DNA of 64,000 nt, taken from the NCBI GenBank assembly GCA_052034495.1, contig JBPOIL010000003.1, positions 18,345-82,344 on the forward strand, given 5' to 3'. This DNA comes from Patescibacteria group bacterium (GTDB taxonomy: Bacteria; Patescibacteriota; Saccharimonadia; CAILAD01; JADZBC01). Below are positions 35,085 through 43,543 of this stretch, in pieces; position 1 is the stretch's first letter; the number at the start of each line of letters is the position of its first letter. The notes below the pieces were generated by a model, which ran no database searches, was not told where the DNA came from, and saw nothing but the letters and a program-made list of their open reading frames with translations. The position numbers and the translations under genes are program-made.

Positions 35085-36056
35085 TTATTTTTCCCAAGCA
35101 AACTCTTTGTGTCCGAAGTGTCCGTAGCGCGCCGTGGCTTCAAACTGCGGCTTCGTTAACTCAAGGACCTCAACAATGCCGCACGGCGACAGGTCGTATC
35201 CTACAATCTTTTCCTGAACGCCATCGATTAATACACTTGCTTCGAGGGGCTGATCGTGACCTATGGCGTATGCAAGCCTCGTAAATACCTCCTCGGCCCC
35301 GCGCGTACGTAAATAGTCGAGTGCAATCTTGCGTGCCATGTAGGCAGCCGAACGATCGACCTTACTTGCATCTTTGCCACTAAAGCAGCCACCGCCAATA
35401 GGAATACGCGGACCGTAGTTATCTACGACCAGCTTTCGGCCCGTAAGTCCGGTGTCAGCATCGAACCCGCCCTGCTGCCATTCGCCAGCTGGATTGGCAT
35501 GGATTTCAGGATTATCAATCGCATTCTTGTTGGTCAGCCAACTCGCGATAGAGGCTTTGAGTTCTTGAGTTTTTGAATTCTGAAAACTCGCCACTACGGC
35601 GATAATTTTGTCGTCCTGGAGGGTGACTTGAGTTTTGCCGTCATATGGCCATATGGCGTATAGGTACTGGTTGAGCTGGCGGCTCAACACAACCTCGAGC
35701 GGCAGGGCTTCGGGCGTCTCGGCGCAGGCATAGCCAATCATTATTCCCTGGTCTCCTGCTCCACCCGTATCAACGCACTGGGCAATTTCTGGGCTCTGGG
35801 CGACGATGTTCGTGGTGAGTGCAATGCCGCCTGCAATGCGCTTTGCAATTGGCACCACATCGACACTCGCCGAGCTGGTTACCTCGCCCATGATTACGAG
35901 CTGGCCGTGTCCACCGAGAGCCTCAACGGCGACGCGCGCCGTGGGGTCTTGAGCTAGGTAGGCATCCAGAATCGCGTCACTGATTTGGTCGCACAGTTTG
36001 TCGGGGTGTTTTGGGCTAACACTTTCGGCGGTTCGTAGGTTAGTTAGTTTGGTCAT
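35085..36056 (-). CDS. metK: S-adenosylmethionine synthetase
   Basis: The ATG at 36054-36056 follows AAAGGAG and eight nt (MTKLTNLRTAE...). Motif GGGCFSGKDASKVDRSAAYMARKIA matches MetK. The product is 323 aa, short for the family. Confidence 0.85.
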   Translation of the reverse strand: MTKLTNLRTAESVSPKHPDKLCDQISDAILDAYLAQDPTARVAVEALGGHGQLVIMGEVTSSASVDVVPIAKRIAGGIALTTNIVAQSPEIAQCVDTGGAGDQGIMIGYACAETPEALPLEVVLSRQLNQYLYAIWPYDGKTQVTLQDDKIIAVVASFQNSKTQELKASIASWLTNKNAIDNPEIHANPAGEWQQGGFDADTGLTGRKLVVDNYGPRIPIGGGCFSGKDASKVDRSAAYMARKIALDYLRTRGAEEVFTRLAYAIGHDQPLEASVLIDGVQEKIVGYDLSPCGIVEVLELTKPQFEATARYGHFGHKEFAWEK

Positions 36057-36119
36057 AAAAAATACTCCTTTCGTATCGTCCCCGCCACCGGCAGGAAAAA
36101 GGAGTTTAGCGCAAATGCA

Positions 36120-36226
36120 TACACTTATCTTTCCCACACTGGGCTAGAAGGGGCACCGTTCTGACTGTTCAGATGGTTGCCGGCAGGTCATAAAGCTAGA
36201 TCTCTCGCTGCACTCTTGATACTTGG
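36120..36226 (-). promoter_or_regulatory. SAM-I (S-box) riboswitch-like leader of metK
   Basis: The minus-strand leader reads ...AGUAUCAAGAG...CCUGCCGGCAACC...ACGGUGCC...GAAAGAUAAGU..., matching the S-box blocks CUUAUCAAGAG, CCCGGCAACC, GGUGCC and GAAAGAUGAG. Downstream, AAACUCCUUUUUCC can pair with the metK RBS AAAGGAG. Confidence 0.55.
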
Positions 36227-36341
36227 TTATGTTAATGTGTGAAGCTATTGTACGTACGATGAGCATGCGGCGTCAAGCGCCTAAAACAAATCACCACCCC
36301 TTCGGGGCGGCGATAAGCCTTCCGAAGAAGTGGTTGGTGCG

Positions 36342-36698
36342 CTACGCCGTTCTGGTGAGCGGCTTGGGGAGCTGGCCCGAGTGCCCACGATCGCGCATGG
36401 TCTCGACCACGTTGGGCTGTTCGTAGACGTAGGGCATGACGTAGACCTTGAGGTGCAGCCTTGCGGTACCGCGGGGGCTGAGCTGGTTGGTCATCCCGGT
36501 CAGCGGAGCTTGGGCATCTTCGGCGAGAAGCTCACCGAAGAAGTGCTGCAAGGAGCGGACCTCCAGGTCCTTCAGGACCTTCATGGCTACGTCCGACGGA
36601 GGACGCTTGCTGTCGGGGTGATCCAGGTAGCTGCTCGCGATCTGGGCGATCAGTGGCGCGATCCCAAGGATCGCCGGTTCATCTGTGTACGTAGGCAT
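36342..36698 (-). CDS. High-GC islet gene: 118-aa hypothetical protein
   Basis: Minus-strand frame has GC3 of about 80%, whereas the overlapping + ORF 36330-36725 is Gly/Val/Arg-rich antisense-like sequence. A GC hairpin plus T-run follows on the minus strand at about 36285-36305. Confidence 0.45.
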   Translation of the reverse strand: MPTYTDEPAILGIAPLIAQIASSYLDHPDSKRPPSDVAMKVLKDLEVRSLQHFFGELLAEDAQAPLTGMTNQLSPRGTARLHLKVYVMPYVYEQPNVVETMRDRGHSGQLPKPLTRTA

Positions 36699-36851
36699 TT
36701 TCTGCTTTCTGACTTGTCGCTATGACTCGGGTAGATGGATTGTTATTGTACGTACATAAGGCCAAGAAGTCAATAAGGCGATCAGAACGAAACGCCACCC
36801 TTGCAGGCGACGGATCGTCGTTGCAAAGGCGGCTATTGGGCCCCGTCGGCA

Positions 36852-37301
36852 CTACTTCAGTACCAGTAGGACCGGTGGCTTGGACTCGAGTGCCAAGTCG
36901 GGAACGAGTGCCTGTAGATGCGTCCTGCCGTGCCGAACCACACGCTTGAAACCCTTGCTGGCAAAGAGCTGCTGATTGCACAGCCCATGCGCCGACTCTT
37001 TGATCGGGTTCGTGATGTTCGGCCTCATGAACACCTCGAAGATCTTCTCGGTGCGTGTTGCTTCAGCCTCATCAAGCATTCGCAAGCGTCCCATCCCGCA
37101 GTACAGAGGCTCCGAACGGGCATCGTGCACTACCTGGAGCAAGATTCGTACCACCAAGGTGGCATCGCGCCGACTGCACTTCACTTTTGCCTCGCGGCAC
37201 TCTCCTCGGATTGCCTTTGCAGCCTCCGGGAACAACTTGGGGTCGAATGTGCCGGTAGTCTCTCTGTATCTCTTCACCAAGATCTCCTCGGTCTCGCTCA
37301 C
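36852..37301 (-). CDS. High-GC islet gene: 149-aa hypothetical protein (GTG start)
   Basis: GTG at 37299-37301 (MSETEEILVKRY...); elevated GC3; the + strand ORFs 36918-37310 and 36976-37314 were rejected. Confidence 0.4.
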   Translation of the reverse strand: MSETEEILVKRYRETTGTFDPKLFPEAAKAIRGECREAKVKCSRRDATLVVRILLQVVHDARSEPLYCGMGRLRMLDEAEATRTEKIFEVFMRPNITNPIKESAHGLCNQQLFASKGFKRVVRHGRTHLQALVPDLALESKPPVLLVLK

Positions 37302-37611
37302 CCTGGCTAGGTAAGAACAGGTGCAACTTTACTATGCTTGGCTGACTTCGTCAACGCAAAACAGCCCCGCTTAGGAGGCTTTTGCTTACAAACGCTATGT
37401 TTTGTTTTGAAACGAACATATCTGTAGGGGCTTTGGCTTGATGTACGTGTGCGACCCGGGCGAATTGTGCCTCTATAGGGTTGGTACACGCTCGCTTCAG
37501 CCTTACGGCGTTGCGAGAAGCTGTTAGCCTTCACGAGGGCTTAGGTGCATGCACAAAAGCTACGTTTGTTAGTGTCTATACTATCACAGTTATTCCATTT
37601 TGTCAAGTACT

Positions 37612-37914
37612 TTATGGTAGAACGGTAACGCTAACAGTGATGCTGTCTCCTGTTTGGAGGCCTTCGATATTGCGCACAGCAGCCTTGACGGGAAGCATGT
37701 AGCAGCCCGACTTACGGTCTGGGAAGATGGAGGTTTTCCAGGCAGTTCTACCAACGTGCACCTCGACCGGCAAAGATCCCCAGCCGCGTGTTAAGCCCTG
37801 AAAGGCGTGTTTGATTTCTGCTGAAATATCTTGCGGCAGCGACACAAAATGCCATGCTGCTTCACCAGGCCATAGCCATACCTCAGATTCAAAGCTATAG
37901 CTGTTCTGTTGCAT
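37612..37914 (-). CDS. Small DUF1905-like protein (~100 aa)
   Basis: Core WHFVSLP...GSLPVEVHVGRTAWKTSIFP...YMLPVKAAVR...GDSITVSV. The start is taken at the internal M (MQQNSY...); the track start at 37953 overlaps the upstream gene by 58 nt. Confidence 0.45.
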   Translation of the reverse strand: MQQNSYSFESEVWLWPGEAAWHFVSLPQDISAEIKHAFQGLTRGWGSLPVEVHVGRTAWKTSIFPDRKSGCYMLPVKAAVRNIEGLQTGDSITVSVTVLP

Positions 37915-38434
37915 AGAGGCTTTTGTTGTTACCCATGGCCTGAATGAGTGCATTACGCAGGGCTTCCTCTAGGCTTACCGTGCGCATCAACTGATAGCCT
38001 GTGTATAAACCCCAGGTGTCTTTGTCATTGCTGAGTTCAAGCTGTTCTCTAATTTTTCTTAGTGTTGGTCCGTGCTCTTCGCCACTCTCTGCCATCTCTT
38101 GAGTTACAATCGCTGGCAACATAAGACCGCTAGAGTAACCCAAATATTCCTTGTTCTGATGAATAACACAGCACCAAGCTTCTTCATACGTGTTGCCATA
38201 ACGAGTTACTAAGCCACTTTCTAGGCCAATCGCATAAATGCCTGTGTCCGCCTTTGAGATTTTTCGAGCTCGGTTCTCGGCTCCAAGCTTGGTTTGTTCA
38301 TCCCATGGAGTGTCAGGAACGCCAGATACTACATCCTCTCCTCGAATGTCCGGATCTACCCCCGCAATATCCTTAATTGCTCGAGCTACTGTGTCGATTT
38401 TGAGCTTACTCGTTGTCCCAATGATAACTTTCAT
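37895..38434 (-). CDS. Non-canonical purine NTP phosphatase (YjjX/DUF84, ITPase-like)
   Basis: MKVIIGTTSKLKIDTVARAIKDIAG...GVPDTPWDEQTKLGAENRA...YAIGLESGLV; 179 aa. Confidence 0.6.
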   Translation of the reverse strand: MKVIIGTTSKLKIDTVARAIKDIAGVDPDIRGEDVVSGVPDTPWDEQTKLGAENRARKISKADTGIYAIGLESGLVTRYGNTYEEAWCCVIHQNKEYLGYSSGLMLPAIVTQEMAESGEEHGPTLRKIREQLELSNDKDTWGLYTGYQLMRTVSLEEALRNALIQAMGNNKSLYATEQL

Positions 38435-38459
38435 GTCACTAGTCTAGCAGAGGTGATGT

Positions 38460-39995
38460 CTACCAATCTAGGTCCAACTGCACTGGTTTGCCGACTATGC
38501 TGTCTTCAGTCACGAGCTTTTGCAAAAAGTTGTAAATTTCTACCATGGCCAGAGTGTCGAGCTCGCAATATTTGTCGAGCCCGGCCAAAATACTTTTCTT
38601 CTGATCTTCCCGCTTACCTTCCAGGATTGATTCCATCCACAGTCGTTGAGCTGCGCCACCCTCCTGAATATCAAGTTCCTTGTAGCTTAGGCTTGGGACT
38701 AATGCCGGCATAACCTTCTTAATACTTGCGCTCCCGCCGAATGCAGCATCGACGTACCAGCCTTTGCTAAAAGGTATCATGAGGTCCATAATGCGGCTGT
38801 TGAGCTGTTTGTAGAACTCGGCGTATTCTGGAACCAACTCGCCAAGCGTTGTGTTGCACGACTTTTCGAACGCCATATACCACGTTAACACCGACCCCTT
38901 ATCCCCTACCTGTGACTTTAGCGCGCGACTAAGTTCCTCGGCGGGGTTAGAATTTGCGGCATGCAAATAGCCACTGTGGCGTAGCTCGCCGCCTGGGTGG
39001 TCAATGACGTGCAGTGAATACTGGAATGGATACTGCGCGTACGGCCGCATGCCGTCAAAGTACGGCACCACGCTCGAGAGCGTTTCGTAGTCAAAAAAGT
39101 AGAGCGGATACACTAGGCTATTTAGGAAGTTGCTGATTTTATCCTTCTGGACAATAGGCTTACCGCTGCGCACCACCTCGAGCTGCAGCTTCTGCTTGTC
39201 GTTCTGAATGATATCGAGGGGAATGTTTTTGAGCTCAGTAATGCCTTCTTCCTCGAGTACGCCGATCAAGCTTGGATCAATGCGAGTAAGTTCGTATATG
39301 CTACCATCTTCAACTTTCGTAAGACCACGGTAGATATCCATCCATTCCTTCAGGCAGCCCAACCTGCAGCGAGCCGGCGAAGGGTCTGGCATGGTTGGCT
39401 GACTTACGACTTGCAAGGCTGATTTAATATCACGTTCTGTTTGGGCAAGACGCATCTTGACCGCGTGCGTTACGTCGGTTGTTGCCGTTAGCTTGGCTGG
39501 ATCGATCTCGCCATTTCGAACGTAGTCGGTATTAACGTGGACCACGGCTACATTCCGAACCTGCCAGCCGCATTGCTGCAAAACGTATACTTGAAATGCG
39601 AGGTCTAGTTCGTGATCTAGCTTTGCTTTGGTACTGGATTTTATTTCGGTTAGATCTACGAGCTTGTCGCCGACTACTTGCAATACGTCGCATATAAAGG
39701 TTACTTGGCCGTGTTCGAATCTGCCTTGGAAAATGGTTTTTGCACCATCGGCCAGCGCTTTCTCGGTTCGTGCGGGCAAACTTAAGTATTCTTGGTAGTC
39801 ATTAAAGCCGAGTCGAACGCCGTCCGGGAATAACTTTTCGGTATAAACCTCGAAGGCGTTCCCAGCATCAAACATGGCTTGCAGGTTATCGTCGGGCGGC
39901 GGGAGCTTGGACTTATCATGCTTTTTGAGCCACAACCAGGTGGGATGCTTCAAGAACATCATGTACTCGGACTTAGAGATAACCAACTGTGTCAT
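38460..39995 (-). CDS. DUF2779-like predicted nuclease (RecB-like N-terminal region plus DEDD-like C-terminal region)
   Basis: 511 aa; the C-terminal block YFFDYETLSSVVPYFDGMRPYAQYPFQYSLHV resembles the DUF2779 exonuclease-like core. Confidence 0.55.
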   Translation of the reverse strand: MTQLVISKSEYMMFLKHPTWLWLKKHDKSKLPPPDDNLQAMFDAGNAFEVYTEKLFPDGVRLGFNDYQEYLSLPARTEKALADGAKTIFQGRFEHGQVTFICDVLQVVGDKLVDLTEIKSSTKAKLDHELDLAFQVYVLQQCGWQVRNVAVVHVNTDYVRNGEIDPAKLTATTDVTHAVKMRLAQTERDIKSALQVVSQPTMPDPSPARCRLGCLKEWMDIYRGLTKVEDGSIYELTRIDPSLIGVLEEEGITELKNIPLDIIQNDKQKLQLEVVRSGKPIVQKDKISNFLNSLVYPLYFFDYETLSSVVPYFDGMRPYAQYPFQYSLHVIDHPGGELRHSGYLHAANSNPAEELSRALKSQVGDKGSVLTWYMAFEKSCNTTLGELVPEYAEFYKQLNSRIMDLMIPFSKGWYVDAAFGGSASIKKVMPALVPSLSYKELDIQEGGAAQRLWMESILEGKREDQKKSILAGLDKYCELDTLAMVEIYNFLQKLVTEDSIVGKPVQLDLDW

Positions 39996-40107
39996 TAGCT
40001 GTATTATACCCTACTAGCGCAATCAGGGCTTGACCGCTATGGATATGGGCGTATACTAAATCCAACCCTGCTATTCGATGCAGGCTACCATGGAGGTGGC
40101 TTAGGCC

Positions 40108-40524
40108 ATGACCATCACCGAACCGGACGTCGCAACCGCGGCGACCATGCCCACCCCGTACCCCGACACCATCAGCCCCCGACCCACCATCGACCAGATC
40201 CGCAGCGCGATCATGAAGCAGACCGGCTGCAGCAAGCGTCGGGCTCGTCGCTTCATCGCCTTCCTGCGCGACCAGATCTCCTGCGCACGCAGCGAGGATG
40301 GCTACGGGCCGGTCCACCTCACGCAGGAGGAGATCGACGAGTTCCACCCGATGCTCGAGCTGGTCATGCCCGACGACACGGCGTCCACGCCGGGTTCCGC
40401 TCACGACCTGATCGAGCGCGGCCTGCTCAGCGCTCACCGCGGCGAGCTGTCCATCACCCACACCAAGGGCGGGCCGACGGCCGAGGACTGCGTCACCGTC
40501 GTCGAGGTCCACAAGGTCGGCTGA
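40108..40524 (+). CDS. High-GC islet gene: 138-aa hypothetical protein
   Basis: RBS GGAGGTGG nine nt before the ATG; GC3 above 90%; followed by a strong terminator. The minus-strand ORF 39973-40590 is an Arg/Gly/Asp-rich antisense artefact. Confidence 0.5.
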   Translation: MTITEPDVATAATMPTPYPDTISPRPTIDQIRSAIMKQTGCSKRRARRFIAFLRDQISCARSEDGYGPVHLTQEEIDEFHPMLELVMPDDTASTPGSAHDLIERGLLSAHRGELSITHTKGGPTAEDCVTVVEVHKVG

Positions 40525-40556
40525 TCGAAGTCGGCTGGGCTCTACCACGAGCCTCG

Positions 40557-40598
40557 ATGAGAGCCCCAATGCTCTTGTCGGGGCTCTCATTCGTTTCT
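40557..40598 (+). terminator. Intrinsic terminator (ATGAGAGCCCC, 12-nt loop, GGGGCTCTCAT, then TCGTTTCTG)
   Basis: 11-bp stem located 33 nt after the stop at 40524. Confidence 0.55.
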
Positions 40599-40612
40599 GC
40601 TATAATTACTCT

Positions 40613-40999
40613 ATGAATAACCCAAAACCACTCGAAGGAACAAAACTAAAAGACTTTAAGCCGATTGATAAAGTCGAGGAACTCGAAAGCATCGACATCA
40701 AAGTCGGTGATGGAGCCGAAGTACCAAAGGGCGCAACAATTACTGCCCACTACACTGGAGCCCTGGCCAAAGACGGTACAATCTTCCAGAGCTCACACGA
40801 CTTTGGTAATCCTGCTACATTTGGCCTAAACCAAGTTATTAAAGGCTGGACCGATGGCGTTCCTGGCATGAAGGTTGGTGGCACACGTAGGCTCATAATC
40901 CCAGCCGCACAAGCCTACGGAGCAAGCTCACCAAGTCATAATATTCCACCGAACTCCGACCTAGTCTTCGACATCGAGCTCGTTGCAATAAAGAGCTAA
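40613..40999 (+). CDS. FKBP-type peptidyl-prolyl cis-trans isomerase
   Basis: GATITAHYTGALAKDGTIFQSSHDFGNPATFGLNQVIKGWTDGVPGMKVGGTRRLIIPAAQAYG is the FKBP signature. Confidence 0.85.
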   Translation: MNNPKPLEGTKLKDFKPIDKVEELESIDIKVGDGAEVPKGATITAHYTGALAKDGTIFQSSHDFGNPATFGLNQVIKGWTDGVPGMKVGGTRRLIIPAAQAYGASSPSHNIPPNSDLVFDIELVAIKS

Positions 41000-41081
41000 A
41001 TTCTCCAACGAACCACTAAGCTCCGTTCGGGGCTCTTTTCGTGAACTCGATTTTATCTACCATAAGCGTTATACTTACATC

Positions 41082-41576
41082 ATGAAACGGCGCAAAAGCA
41101 GCGGGCGGCGCAGCCTCCAGCCGACGACATTTAGCTACCTGCTTATTGGTTTGCAGATTATGTTGATGATCGCGGTTTTATACTTCCCGGGCCGACGTGA
41201 GGGCGGCGCACATATTCTGCTTGCAAACATGATGCGTGTAGTCGGCGTGGGCATGGTGCTCTTGGCCCTTTGGCAGTTGCGCAAGTTCTCGCTTACCGCC
41301 CTGCCAGAACCGGTTAAGAATGCCAAGCTGCTGACGCGCGGGCTGTACACGCGCATGCGCCACCCAGTATATAGTGGCATTATGCTTTGGGGTCTCGGTA
41401 CGTTAATTATCCGCCCAAGTATCGCTCGCTTTGGCCTATATGCTGCTTTGGTACTACTGTTTTGGTATAAATCAGGGCGTGAAGAGCGCATGCTCGAGGC
41501 AACGTTTGGATCCCGCTACGCACGGTATAAGCTTAATACACCGCGCTTTATTCCGCGTAGAAATACTAAAAACTAA
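41082..41576 (+). CDS. Isoprenylcysteine carboxyl methyltransferase (ICMT/PEMT-like) family membrane protein
   Basis: GLYTRMRHPVYSGIMLWGLG...EERMLEATFGSRYARY conserved motif set with four or five TM helices. Confidence 0.75.
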   Translation: MKRRKSSGRRSLQPTTFSYLLIGLQIMLMIAVLYFPGRREGGAHILLANMMRVVGVGMVLLALWQLRKFSLTALPEPVKNAKLLTRGLYTRMRHPVYSGIMLWGLGTLIIRPSIARFGLYAALVLLFWYKSGREERMLEATFGSRYARYKLNTPRFIPRRNTKN

Positions 41577-41594
41577 TCTTGTTTAATTGGCGCT

Positions 41595-42071
41595 TTAGCC
41601 GATCTTGATGCCTGGCTCAGTTTGTGAGTCAGGTTTTTTCGAGTCTTTCGATGCCTTGAGCTCTAGGCCGACTTCTTGCATATCCTCCACTGCAGCTTCG
41701 TGGTATTTTTCCTGGTTGCGTCCATAATGCCTTGTGGCCTTGCTGAGCTCTCTGTTGTAGTCTTGTTGCCTTTCCGTAACCAGCTCAGCTGCAGCTCTGG
41801 CATCTTGCTCCATCCTGGGCTCTAGTTTTGCCTTTGATTCGGCCTCTGCTTTGAGCGCTATTTGCTGTTGCCGGGGGTCTTTGAAGTTGGTCATAGCTGA
41901 CTGTACTCTGGCTTCTTGGCGAGCATGGATATGGTCATGTGACTGTTCGGTTGCTACTTGCCGCGCCTGCGCCGCGTCCAACTTTGCACTTGTAAATCTG
42001 TGCATACCATAAAGCATTCTCGCTTTGCGCTGGAATCGACTTCTCCTCCACTCCTGAAATCGCTTGAACAT
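41595..42071 (-). CDS. Hypothetical coiled-coil protein (158 aa, Q/E/K/R-rich)
   Basis: ORF in backbone GC with no recognised motif. Confidence 0.4.
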   Translation of the reverse strand: MFKRFQEWRRSRFQRKARMLYGMHRFTSAKLDAAQARQVATEQSHDHIHARQEARVQSAMTNFKDPRQQQIALKAEAESKAKLEPRMEQDARAAAELVTERQQDYNRELSKATRHYGRNQEKYHEAAVEDMQEVGLELKASKDSKKPDSQTEPGIKIG

Positions 42072-42113
42072 AGTTTGGGCCCTCCGTTTGTCGTAATTAT
42101 AGCATTAAATGAG

Positions 42114-42149
42114 GAAGGCCCGTTCTGCGCTGAAACAGAACGGGCCTTC
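42114..42149 (-). terminator. Strong hairpin terminator (GAAGGCCCGTTCTG, loop, CAGAACGGGCCTTC)
   Basis: 14-bp perfect stem located 23 nt downstream of the islet gene stop at 42172; a T-rich tract follows on the minus strand. Confidence 0.5.
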
Positions 42150-42171
42150 GAGGTTGTACTGCTCGACTTCG

Positions 42172-42558
42172 CTACCGGGGCTCGAACATCACCCCGAGGC
42201 TCCAGTGGCAGAACCACTTGCCCATGACCAGGTCCTTGCTGTGGACGAACGGTCGATCCGCGGGAGCAAGCTGGTTGAGCGCAGCGTGTGCGGTTGCCGG
42301 CTTGGCCACAGCGCCATCGGGCATGATGCGCGTGAGCACCGGGTGGATCAGCAGCATCTGCGGGATGGTCATGCGACCATGGCAGCCGCGCTTGGTGCGA
42401 TCTTCGGCGAAGAACAGGGTCAGCCGGGCGCGAACCCAGCCGCACTGGCCGTCGCGCTTGATCAGGCTGATGATCTCGGCACGTGAGTAGGCGTGCGACT
42501 GCACGGCGCGGGTATGAGCGGCTGTGACCGCCGTTTGGCGATCCAGGATTGCGGTCAA
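42172..42558 (-). CDS. High-GC islet gene: 129-aa hypothetical protein (TTG start)
   Basis: TTG at 42556-42558 preceded by GCAGGAGGT and six nt (MTAILDRQTAVTAAH...). The track's upstream TTG at 42582 has no spacer after its putative RBS. Confidence 0.45.
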   Translation of the reverse strand: MTAILDRQTAVTAAHTRAVQSHAYSRAEIISLIKRDGQCGWVRARLTLFFAEDRTKRGCHGRMTIPQMLLIHPVLTRIMPDGAVAKPATAHAALNQLAPADRPFVHSKDLVMGKWFCHWSLGVMFEPR

Positions 42559-42637
42559 GGTGTTACCTCCTGCAAATACCAACCCCCTCTGGGTTAGTGT
42601 GTTTTATACTACTCCTATACGGCGGGCAGTCAAGGTG

Positions 42638-42943
42638 TTAGTCGCGCGAACGTGGCATGAGTGCGGAGAGTGCCCAGCCAGCCAGAACATATAGACCTAT
42701 GGCAATGGGTATAACGATATTGAAGCCACTTGGCAGGGCTTTGGGCAGGCTAATGTACTGATCGAGCCAGGAAACTGGAATGAGCAGTACGGTGCTCCAG
42801 CTGTAAATTAGGCTTGTAAGTTTGCCTTCCGGGCTACGGCCAAATAGGTCGTAAGCAAAGCGTAGGAGCAACGTGGCGACAGAGCTGGCCACAAAGATCC
42901 AGATGATGCCACCGAGTATTCCGCTATTTGATCGTCGATTCAT
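42638..42943 (-). CDS. Small membrane protein (101 aa, two or three TM helices)
   Basis: Internal ATG at 42941-42943 (MNRRSNSGILGGIIWIFVASS...). The 5' extension of the track ORF runs into the high-GC islet on the wrong strand and is out-of-frame-like sequence. Confidence 0.4.
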   Translation of the reverse strand: MNRRSNSGILGGIIWIFVASSVATLLLRFAYDLFGRSPEGKLTSLIYSWSTVLLIPVSWLDQYISLPKALPSGFNIVIPIAIGLYVLAGWALSALMPRSRD

Positions 42944-42960
42944 AGTACTAGTATAGCAGT

Positions 42961-42990
42961 AAATCAAAACACCCTCGCATTGGAGGATGT
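42961..42990 (-). terminator. Intrinsic terminator for the islet gene 43053-43328 (ACATCCTC, loop, GAGGGTGT, then TTTTGATTT on the minus strand)
   Basis: 8-bp stem with one mismatch and a T-rich tail; also marks the left edge of the islet at 42.96-45.42 kb. Confidence 0.4.
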
Positions 42991-43052
42991 TTTGTAATAA
43001 TTGCTTGGGTTGTGGTGCGGTGGGGTCCGAAGACTCCACCGCACCTCGCACC

Positions 43053-43328
43053 TCAGGCCGCTCGCGACTCGTCCCATGGCATATCCATGGGTGTGTCGGG
43101 GTCGGGTTCTGGCGAGTAGTCGTGCTGTTCCTTGCCGAGCCTCCAGGAGGCCCAGCTGAAGAACGCGCAGCAGGCTGCGCAGAACACGAATGCGAGCAGG
43201 CCCGTGAGCGTGCCGACCATCGCCCCGCCGTTGCCACTGGCATCGACGGTGTTGCGGTCCTCGCTGAAGAGCAGGACGAAGGCCATGAGGCCGAAGCCAA
43301 CTGCTGCGATACGTGCTGCTTGTGCCAT
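43053..43328 (-). CDS. High-GC islet gene: 91-aa two-TM membrane protein
   Basis: ATG at 43326-43328 with a strong RBS AAGGAGGTG; MAQAARIAAVGFGLMAFVLLF...LTGLLAFVFCAACCAFF. Confidence 0.5.
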   Translation of the reverse strand: MAQAARIAAVGFGLMAFVLLFSEDRNTVDASGNGGAMVGTLTGLLAFVFCAACCAFFSWASWRLGKEQHDYSPEPDPDTPMDMPWDESRAA

Positions 43329-43543
43329 GCGGCACCTCCTTGTTTGGTGCGGGTTTGGAGCCCGCGACGACTTGCCGGCGGACACCGAACTTGTATATTC
43401 TAGCATAAGCATAAGCATTTGTCAATATATCTGGCAACTGTGATGTCCTGGTTGTGCTTGTTATTCTTAGCACTGGAAGCTATAACTAAATCACAGTACG
43501 CAATCGGCGGCTGGAAGGTACCTTCGATCACATAGGAGTAGCC

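Noticed and set aside
39973-40590. 205-aa minus-strand ORF covering the 40.1-40.6 kb islet
   Set aside because: Arg/Gly/Asp/Val-rich antisense of a gene with GC3 above 90% on the + strand; no RBS.
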